Part shown: positions 26,103 through 32,890 of the stretch, one piece after another
Layout of the letters: the number at the start of each line of letters is the position of its first letter
Position numbering within the stretch: position 1 is the first letter of the stretch
Program-made: the position numbers and the translations under genes
The notes under the pieces: model-generated
The model's database searches: none
What the model was told of the DNA's origin: nothing
Seen by the model: only the letters and a program-made list of their open reading frames with translations
Source: Spirochaetota bacterium
Lineage (GTDB): Bacteria; Spirochaetota; UBA4802; JAFGDQ01
Length of the DNA: 32,890 bases
Reading direction: 5' to 3'
NCBI GenBank assembly: GCA_043803405.1
Contig: JAZDKB010000031.1
Location: forward strand, 1 to 32,890

Positions 26103-26687
26103 ATGAATTATCGTTTTAAAAAAATTCTGGCCGCAAGCCATGGCTTTACATTAATAGAACTATTAATCGTTGTACTTATACTCTCTACTATTTCGCTGGT
26201 GGTGGTACCGCGCATCTCCAATATTCTTAACAGTAAAAGAAGCGGCTTTTTGATCCTGACAAATATGATAGCAAAGACGTTTGATGATTCATTTGCAAAT
26301 GACCGTTTAAACTTTGTACTGGTTCATCTGCACGAACCTATGAGCATAAACGAGAACCAGGAAAAACTATTTTCACGGACTAACGGCATCAGCGTGGTAG
26401 TTCGTAATGAAAACGGATTTTTTGAAGATAACAAAAATAAACTTTTACAATATAAAAACTTTTCAGATTCCTTCAAAATTGAGGAAGTTCTGCTTTCGAC
26501 AGGTGAAAAAGTAACTACCGGAAATATTTTAATTCCTTTTTATCCGGAAGGACAATCGGATAATGTAATTCTTCATATTCTTGTCAACAATGAAGAAAAC
26601 TGGTCGCTCAGAATTTATAAAATGAGAAAGGAACCTGGGATATTCCCCGGCTATATCAATTTTTCAGATCAAGAAAATGTCTTCTAA
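26103..26687 (+). CDS. gspH: Minor pseudopilin H
   Basis: G|FTLIELLIVV prepilin motif; follows gspG. Confidence 0.8.
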   Translation: MNYRFKKILAASHGFTLIELLIVVLILSTISLVVVPRISNILNSKRSGFLILTNMIAKTFDDSFANDRLNFVLVHLHEPMSINENQEKLFSRTNGISVVVRNENGFFEDNKNKLLQYKNFSDSFKIEEVLLSTGEKVTTGNILIPFYPEGQSDNVILHILVNNEENWSLRIYKMRKEPGIFPGYINFSDQENVF

Positions 26688-27150
26688 AAATTATAATCAG
26701 TCATTTAATAATGCTTTTAAAAAATCGTGCAAAAAAACAATCGTCAGTCCGCACGCATTGAAATGCTCTATTGTTAGAAAAGGTAAAAACGGTTTCGCGC
26801 TGATTGAAATTTTAATCGCTATTACAATTCTCTCTATTTCTCTGATCAGCATTGTGTCCGGTGTTTCCGGCGGCATAATAGCGGTTTCAAGGAACAAGAA
26901 TTTAACGAGAGCCATGATTATTGCCAAAAACAAAATAAACGAATTCGAGATGAACAACATGCGTGGACCGGATATAAAAAACGAAGAAGTTAAGGAATAT
27001 GCCGGATTTACTTTCAGCAGGGAAGTTAAACGTTTCGAGCATGAGCTTTTCGGCCCGCTGGATGCCAAAAGAATAGAGATCAGGGTGAATTGGCAGGAAA
27101 AAGGAAATAATAAAGAATACTTTATATCATATATTTATCCATCAAAATGA
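26677..27150 (+). CDS. gspI: Minor pseudopilin I
   Basis: G|FALIEILIA prepilin motif, IEIRVNW; operon position. Confidence 0.8.
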   Translation: MSSKNYNQSFNNAFKKSCKKTIVSPHALKCSIVRKGKNGFALIEILIAITILSISLISIVSGVSGGIIAVSRNKNLTRAMIIAKNKINEFEMNNMRGPDIKNEEVKEYAGFTFSREVKRFEHELFGPLDAKRIEIRVNWQEKGNNKEYFISYIYPSK

Positions 27151-27839
27151 AAATATTGAATATACATAAAATAATTTTAAACAAAGCCGCCTGCATATTC
27201 AGGGATTCATCCGGAATAACCCTTTTTGAAGTGCTTGTGGGCATTGCCGTATCTTCACTTATTTTTGTCATGATTTATTCGGCTCACAGCTCTATTACAA
27301 AATCAATATACCAGGTTACAGGAATAGCGGACTTTTATGAAAACGTAAATCTGGTTTTAAAAAGGATAGATAAAGATATATCTAATGCCTATATTAATAA
27401 AGAAAATAAAAATATATGTTTAATCGGAAAAAGCAATTACGAATCTCCTTTTAAAGGAAAGCTCAACTTTGTTACTGTTAATCATAAAGAATTATCCATG
27501 CTCAGCGATCCGCAAAAATCTTTTCCCGAGAGTGATATAAATGAAGTTGGATATTTTTTAATACCCGATAAAAAAATGCCTGAACTCAGTTTGCTTATAA
27601 GGAGAGAAGAACGTCACTACGATGATGATCCCGAGTCCGGTGGGGACTCCGATATATTCCTTGAAAATGTTATAGATCTTAAGTTTGAATACAGGAAAGG
27701 CAATGACTGGACAAACAACTGGGATTCACGGGAGAACAAGGCATTCCCGAAAGTAATAAGAACTATTTTAAAAGTTCGAAATTACAACAAGGACGAAGAA
27801 GAATTTATTGTAATCTCTAAGATCAACATTGATAAGTAA
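27147..27839 (+). CDS. gspJ: Minor pseudopilin J
   Basis: G|ITLFEVLV, EVGYFL, WTNNWD...PKVIR; operon position. Confidence 0.85.
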   Translation: MKILNIHKIILNKAACIFRDSSGITLFEVLVGIAVSSLIFVMIYSAHSSITKSIYQVTGIADFYENVNLVLKRIDKDISNAYINKENKNICLIGKSNYESPFKGKLNFVTVNHKELSMLSDPQKSFPESDINEVGYFLIPDKKMPELSLLIRREERHYDDDPESGGDSDIFLENVIDLKFEYRKGNDWTNNWDSRENKAFPKVIRTILKVRNYNKDEEEFIVISKINIDK

Positions 27840-27851
27840 ACAAGAGCAGAA

Positions 27852-29060
27852 ATGCAATACATTATAAAAAAATTTAAAAATAATTACAGCAAAAGGCAGG
27901 AGTTGCTTTATAAGCATGGTTTATTCGGTTATATAAAGAATTCCTCCGGATATGTTCTGCTTGTAGTTTTGCTTGTAGTAGCATTACTTGTAACCATGTC
28001 TACCGAATTTTTGTCGATAGCACAGACTAACATTAATTATATCAGAAAATTCAGTGAAAGGCTGAAAGCCAATATGCTTGCAAAAGCAGGTATAAACATT
28101 TCTACGATCATTCTCAAGGCCGATAAGCTTGGGCTGGGGGCATCGTTCCTGGGAAAGCAGTCAGCAAGTAAAGATATAGACTGCTATAAGGATATATGGG
28201 CGCTTGATTTTCCCGACCTTCCGCTGGAAGACGGCTTTCTAAAAATAATTATTGATGACGAAAATTCAAAAATAAATCTGAGCGTTCTCGCAAATGAAAT
28301 AGTAGATTCTACAACTTATTACGGCATAATGCAGAGGTTTTTTCTTAACATGGGTCTTCCGATGGATTATGCGGATTCCATTAAGGATTGGGTCGATGTT
28401 GACGATTCAAGGTCTCCTTACGGAGCTGAATCATCCGATTATTATCTTAATCTTCCTTCTCCGTATAAAGCAAAAAATGCAGCAATGGACAGCATCGATG
28501 AGTTATTAATGGTTAAGGACATTACTCCGGAAATATTTTACGGTCTTGAAAAGGGAGCCTATGAAATGTCAACCGAACTTGTTGATAACAACAAAGGAAA
28601 TACGAAGATCGATCTAAGCATCTTAAAAGGAATGACAACACAGGATATGATAAACAATCTGCAAAATACAGAGCTGCCAGAAAAGTTCAATATAGCAAAG
28701 GAAAGAAGCAAAAAATTATCCGATTATTTAAGAGTCAACGGAGAAAGAAAAGACTTTACCAGCGAACTGAACAAAATTAACATCAATACGGCTTCGTTCA
28801 GGGTATTATCATCATTGACAGATAAAATGACCGATGATATTGTGAAGGAAATCATTAGCAGAAGGATTGCCACTCCCTATAAAAACGTCGATGAAATAAA
28901 AGACTTGATCGATGATGAAACAATAAGAAAAAATATACTTTCAGTTAAATCTTATTTATTCAGAATTACAGCTATTGGAACTGTAAACAGGACGCGTGTA
29001 AAGATTACCGGCATATATTACAGGGACGGAAACAAATTTCTTTACTGGAATGAACAGTAA
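27852..29060 (+). CDS. gspK: Minor pseudopilin K
   Basis: G|YVLLVVL (no E5), DENSKINL, IKDWVDVD, GAE, KININTAS motifs. Confidence 0.92.
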   Translation: MQYIIKKFKNNYSKRQELLYKHGLFGYIKNSSGYVLLVVLLVVALLVTMSTEFLSIAQTNINYIRKFSERLKANMLAKAGINISTIILKADKLGLGASFLGKQSASKDIDCYKDIWALDFPDLPLEDGFLKIIIDDENSKINLSVLANEIVDSTTYYGIMQRFFLNMGLPMDYADSIKDWVDVDDSRSPYGAESSDYYLNLPSPYKAKNAAMDSIDELLMVKDITPEIFYGLEKGAYEMSTELVDNNKGNTKIDLSILKGMTTQDMINNLQNTELPEKFNIAKERSKKLSDYLRVNGERKDFTSELNKININTASFRVLSSLTDKMTDDIVKEIISRRIATPYKNVDEIKDLIDDETIRKNILSVKSYLFRITAIGTVNRTRVKITGIYYRDGNKFLYWNEQ

Positions 29061-29076
29061 TTAAGGAGATTAACAA

Positions 29077-30696
29077 TTGTTTGAGAATATTGCATCCATA
29101 GATATAGGAACATCATCTATAAAAGTTGTTACTGTAAAAACCGGCCTTAAGGATTTTAAAGTTAAAAACTTTATCTATGAAGATATTGACCAGGAGAATG
29201 AAAACAAAGAAGAAGCATTACTCGAAGCGCTTGGCAAAATAATATCCGAAAACAATTTAAAAGATTATAAAATTCTCACCAGCCTGCCCATGCAGAAAGC
29301 TGTCATCAGGAACATGACATTTCCTTTTAACGATAAAGACAAGATTGCTGAAGTACTGCCAATACAGGCAGAGGAAGCTGTTCCGTTCAGGCTTGAAGAC
29401 ATTGTGCTGGATTTCCAGATGCTGAAAGGCAAAACTCCGGATGAGGGCGAAATTCTTTTAGCTGTTGCGGAAAAAAGCACAATCCAAAAACAGATATCCT
29501 ATTATAACGCTAGCGGAATAAATCCTGTCAGCATGGGCATCGAATCACAGGCATTGTTTGAATGCTACAGATATTTCAACAGGATGAAAGACGAAGCAAT
29601 TATTCAGCTCGATATCGGAAATGCAAAAACCATACTGAATATCGTACATGGGAACAATCTTCTTTTTACGAGATCAATTGCGATCGGCGCCGGTACGATC
29701 TTAAATGAAATATCTGACACTCTAAAATTGCAGAAACCCGAAATTAAAAAACTATTTGAAGAGTATAATTTCGATTTAAATTCATTTGAAAACAACCTGC
29801 AGAAAAATTATCCCGATGATTTCAGCTTTAAAAAAAATACATTAAAAAAGATACACGAAAAAGCGATAGAATCCGTAAATTTACTTATAGAAGAAATCAT
29901 AATAAGTAAAAAGGCTTTTCTGAGCGAATATCCCGAAATTGTTTTTAACAGGATTTTAATTTCCGGAGGCGGGGCAAATATTACCGGGATCGGATCAATT
30001 ATTTCAGCCGAGCTGGAAGCGCCTGTTATGTCTCTGCCATTTCTGGATGAATACAAGGATTCAAGCGTAAGCGGCAAATTTCCCATTGCGTTCGGAATAG
30101 TCCTGTCATATCTTAATAAAAGATACACTGCGATATCATTTCTCAAAGACGAATTTCTTCCCGCATCTTCAGGCTCGTCTGTCAGACAATATTATCTTGC
30201 AATATTATTTTTTGTTTTCGCACTGGTCATACTAGTGATCAACATATCGGTTACATCTTATATCAATTTAAAATCGAATACCAAATATGCCGAGATACTC
30301 AACGACCGTTTTAAAAAATATTTCCACTCCCGGAATGTAAGCGATGATCCTGTTGCCGATGCCATGAAAATATTAAAAGACGAAAAAAAAGAATTTGAAA
30401 GCATTGATTCTTTAATACACTCAAATGACAAAATGATTAGTATATTGAACGACATTTTATCCTTTTTCCCAAGGGATGAACTTTTTGAATTAACCAATCT
30501 CGTATTAAACGAAAATATCATAAGACTGGACGGAAGGATCGCTTCCAGCGTTAAAATAGATGAATTTAAAAATAAATTAACAGAATCTAAAAAATTCGAT
30601 TCCGTTACAGTTAAAACGTCCCTTAAAAAAGGAAATTTAGTTCAGTTTACCATGAATATAAAACTAAAAATTATCGGAAAGAAATCTGAAATATAA
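29077..30696 (+). CDS. gspL: GspL, PilM/PilN-like (actin-fold cytoplasmic domain, TM, periplasmic domain)
   Basis: TTG start with AAGGAG RBS; SIDIGTSSIK, LDIG, SGGGA motifs; single TM; between gspK and gspM. Confidence 0.85.
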   Translation: MFENIASIDIGTSSIKVVTVKTGLKDFKVKNFIYEDIDQENENKEEALLEALGKIISENNLKDYKILTSLPMQKAVIRNMTFPFNDKDKIAEVLPIQAEEAVPFRLEDIVLDFQMLKGKTPDEGEILLAVAEKSTIQKQISYYNASGINPVSMGIESQALFECYRYFNRMKDEAIIQLDIGNAKTILNIVHGNNLLFTRSIAIGAGTILNEISDTLKLQKPEIKKLFEEYNFDLNSFENNLQKNYPDDFSFKKNTLKKIHEKAIESVNLLIEEIIISKKAFLSEYPEIVFNRILISGGGANITGIGSIISAELEAPVMSLPFLDEYKDSSVSGKFPIAFGIVLSYLNKRYTAISFLKDEFLPASSGSSVRQYYLAILFFVFALVILVINISVTSYINLKSNTKYAEILNDRFKKYFHSRNVSDDPVADAMKILKDEKKEFESIDSLIHSNDKMISILNDILSFFPRDELFELTNLVLNENIIRLDGRIASSVKIDEFKNKLTESKKFDSVTVKTSLKKGNLVQFTMNIKLKIIGKKSEI

Positions 30697-30697
30697 T

Positions 30698-31216
30698 ATG
30701 ATTACTTTAACTAAAAGAGAAAAGCTGTTATTAAAAGTCCTGGTCATTTGTATTGCCGGAATAATTATATATTACCTTATTATTTTACCGATCATGGGAC
30801 TCAGCTCAAACTCGGAAAATAAATCAAAAAAATACAGGGATGATATTCAAAAACTGGAAAGCATATACAGAGAATATAAGGATATCCAGCAAAGGAAATC
30901 ACAATACAGTGCGCTTCTTGACAAAAAGAACGAGAATATTACTTCTCTGATAGAACAGTGGGCAACAAGTTCGGGTATTGCAAAAAATATCGCAAATACC
31001 GGAAGCAATCAGTCTTTTATCCAGAATAAATACATCAGAATATCCACTGATATTAGAATAGAAGGCGTGGCTATTCAGCAGTTTCTGAAATTTCTTTACG
31101 AAGTGGAGCATTCGGACAATTTAATAAAGGTCAGCTCGTTAAGGATAATACCGGCTTTAAAAGGGACAAATACATATGATGTTTCCCTGAAGATAGATAA
31201 TTTTATTTCAAAATAA
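30698..31216 (+). CDS. gspM: Type II secretion protein M
   Basis: LTKREKLLL + TM + coiled coil + FLKFLYEVE. Confidence 0.88.
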   Translation: MITLTKREKLLLKVLVICIAGIIIYYLIILPIMGLSSNSENKSKKYRDDIQKLESIYREYKDIQQRKSQYSALLDKKNENITSLIEQWATSSGIAKNIANTGSNQSFIQNKYIRISTDIRIEGVAIQQFLKFLYEVEHSDNLIKVSSLRIIPALKGTNTYDVSLKIDNFISK

Positions 31217-31261
31217 TTATAGTATTCAGTTTTTTCATTTTATAAAAAGAACTAATAACAC

Positions 31262-32317
31262 ATGAAAATAATTAATGCAATAAAACACATTACAAAAATA
31301 TTTAAAAAAATTATTCCTTTTTTAAAAGAAGTTAAAAAACTTCCTAATGTATGGTCGTACATCCTGCTGTCATTATTTCTCACTGTCATTTTCTTTATAT
31401 TTACATTTCCTTACAGTTCACTGATAAGAAACCAGTTGCAGTCGCTGGGAGAAAATATCGGCAAAAGCGCGAATATAGGAGAGATAGACTTTAACCTGCT
31501 GACAGATTCGAAAATAGAAAGCATGACAATAACATTTAAAGATGGAGCTGAATTAACCTTAACGGATGTCGATTTTAATATCGGCATTATTTCATTTCTT
31601 ATCGGCAACACTATCAGCGGCGACATACAGATAAAAAATCTTAAATATGAAAAAGAAAAAGAAAAGATTACTGTTTCAGGTAGGTCGGATTTTGATTTAA
31701 AATTTAATTCCATGTCCGAATTTCCTGCGAATGGCAGGATTAAACTTGACTTGAAAAATATTACAGCGAACGGTCTCATTATTAAAGAATTCGATATTCC
31801 ACCTGTACGGTTTTCATCGATTACAGCGGATATAAATATTGCTAAAAAGAAAATCAGCATTGACGAGTTTAAGGCAGCCGGCCCGGATATTAAAGGAAGC
31901 ATCAACGGCTCCGTAATAGTTGCCCAGTTTTTTAATCAATCTCAGTTAAATCTGAATATTATTATTGATTCTTCATCGCCATTCATTGAAAATTATAAAA
32001 TACTTCTTAGCAAGTGGATTGATAATTCGAATAAAATACAGCTGGCAGTTAAGGGTTCAATAAGTAATCCAAGAATAGACTCCGCAGAGGAAAAAAATAC
32101 CGGTACGATTCCAGAACCGAGAACAAACATTCCGGAGCAAAGAAACAGAAGGCTGCCGGCAGATTCATTTCCTAAACCGAGAATGGAGCAAAGAACGGAA
32201 CCGAGGAAGGTGGATCGTGGGGAACGCGGTACGGAGCAGCAGCCGCAGGCCGATCAGCCTCAGACATCCTTTCCGGGAGTTGAACCGCCTGTTCAGGAAG
32301 ATAACGCAAGCGAATAG
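31262..32317 (+). CDS. gspN: Type II secretion protein N with disordered C-terminal tail
   Basis: TM ending FTFPY, beta-rich body, VKGSISNPRI; last gene of the operon. Confidence 0.8.
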   Translation: MKIINAIKHITKIFKKIIPFLKEVKKLPNVWSYILLSLFLTVIFFIFTFPYSSLIRNQLQSLGENIGKSANIGEIDFNLLTDSKIESMTITFKDGAELTLTDVDFNIGIISFLIGNTISGDIQIKNLKYEKEKEKITVSGRSDFDLKFNSMSEFPANGRIKLDLKNITANGLIIKEFDIPPVRFSSITADINIAKKKISIDEFKAAGPDIKGSINGSVIVAQFFNQSQLNLNIIIDSSSPFIENYKILLSKWIDNSNKIQLAVKGSISNPRIDSAEEKNTGTIPEPRTNIPEQRNRRLPADSFPKPRMEQRTEPRKVDRGERGTEQQPQADQPQTSFPGVEPPVQEDNASE

Positions 32318-32320
32318 TCG

Positions 32321-32716
32321 TTATTGTTCTTCCTCCTGTTCTGTAAAAACGCTAAACCCTAATTCATCAATAATTTTGTCCGAGTGAGTTAAAGTAATTT
32401 TATACTCACCATCAGGTAAATTAACAATATCACCGTAAATTATTTTGTTTGATGGAGATATTTTTTCAGTTCTGCTGTCTATATCGACCCAAACTATTTC
32501 TTTTTTTAAGAGCACCACACCTATTTTTGTTTCTTCCCGGACATTTACGAAAATATATACCCATTTAATTTTCTCATTTTTTTCAAGTTCCAGCGGCCTG
32601 TCTGCTTTTCTGTACTTGTCTTCAAAAGTATTCTTATACGCGAATTCCCCTTTTAGTTGTCCGCAGCCTAAGAAGATGTAAGCAATAAAAATTATTGAAA
32701 AAATATTTTTTTTCAA
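32321..32716 (-). CDS. Lipoprotein of unknown function
   Basis: Preferred start TTG 32716 (GGAG upstream, just after the preceding stop): MKKNIFSIIFIAYIFLG-C lipobox; beta-rich mature part. Confidence 0.75.
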   Translation of the reverse strand: MKKNIFSIIFIAYIFLGCGQLKGEFAYKNTFEDKYRKADRPLELEKNEKIKWVYIFVNVREETKIGVVLLKKEIVWVDIDSRTEKISPSNKIIYGDIVNLPDGEYKITLTHSDKIIDELGFSVFTEQEEEQ

Positions 32717-32723
32717 AACACTA

Positions 32724-32890
32724 TCACTCCACTTTGTATTGATCTTTATCCAGTTCAATCACGCTGTTATTTTTGTCTTTTTCCGTTCTTACATTGGTTT
32801 TTCTGTTATTATTATTTTTTAAATTACGTTTCACTGTAAAAATAAATTTAACTAATTTATATAAAAAATAAATAAAAATAAATATAAATA
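32724..32890 (-). CDS. Small single-TM protein, start outside window
   Basis: Hand translation of open frame: ...FIFIFIYFLYKLVKFIFTVKRNLKNNNNRKTNVRTEKDKNNSVIELDKDQYKVE*, TGA at 32726-32724; not in the ORF track. Confidence 0.65.
   Translation of the reverse strand, partial: FIFIFIYFLYKLVKFIFTVKRNLKNNNNRKTNVRTEKDKNNSVIELDKDQYKVE

Noticed and set aside
32717..32758. N-terminal extension of the lipoprotein from TTG 32758
   Set aside because: Overlaps the 3' end of the upstream small membrane gene; the 32716 start gives a normal lipoprotein signal peptide

Overview
AT-rich bacterial chromosomal window made mostly of housekeeping, motility and secretion genes; gene content suggests a Spirochaetota/Leptospirae-like organism (inference). 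Left to right: a dCache/poly-HAMP methyl-accepting chemotaxis protein (minus strand, cut by the left edge, absent from the ORF track), a FapA/DUF342 flagellar protein, argF-argG, and a STAS anti-anti-sigma factor. Converging on the STAS gene is a minus-strand operon amrB-amrA-lipoprotein-TPR-HAMP/SpoIIE phosphatase. Next come a UPF0182 membrane protein, a ~1.1 kb islet (degenerate 21-bp repeat array, Cys-rich protein, 2-TM protein) bracketed by a 10-bp direct repeat, an operon hypothetical-queH-short UvrD helicase, a stand-alone 71-aa possible Sm-fold protein, a type II secretion operon gspCDEFGHIJKLMN, a lipoprotein and a partial small membrane-protein gene at the right edge. I saw no tRNA, rRNA, CRISPR array, transposase or integrase. 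The least explained features are two related palindromic MITE/REP-like elements either side of fapA (one a ~190-nt multi-hairpin structure upstream of argF), the direct-repeat-flanked islet, a UvrD lacking subdomain 2B, the small Sm/Hfq-like protein, and the coupling of AmrA/AmrB to a partner-switching module. None can be called a new system without the searches listed.
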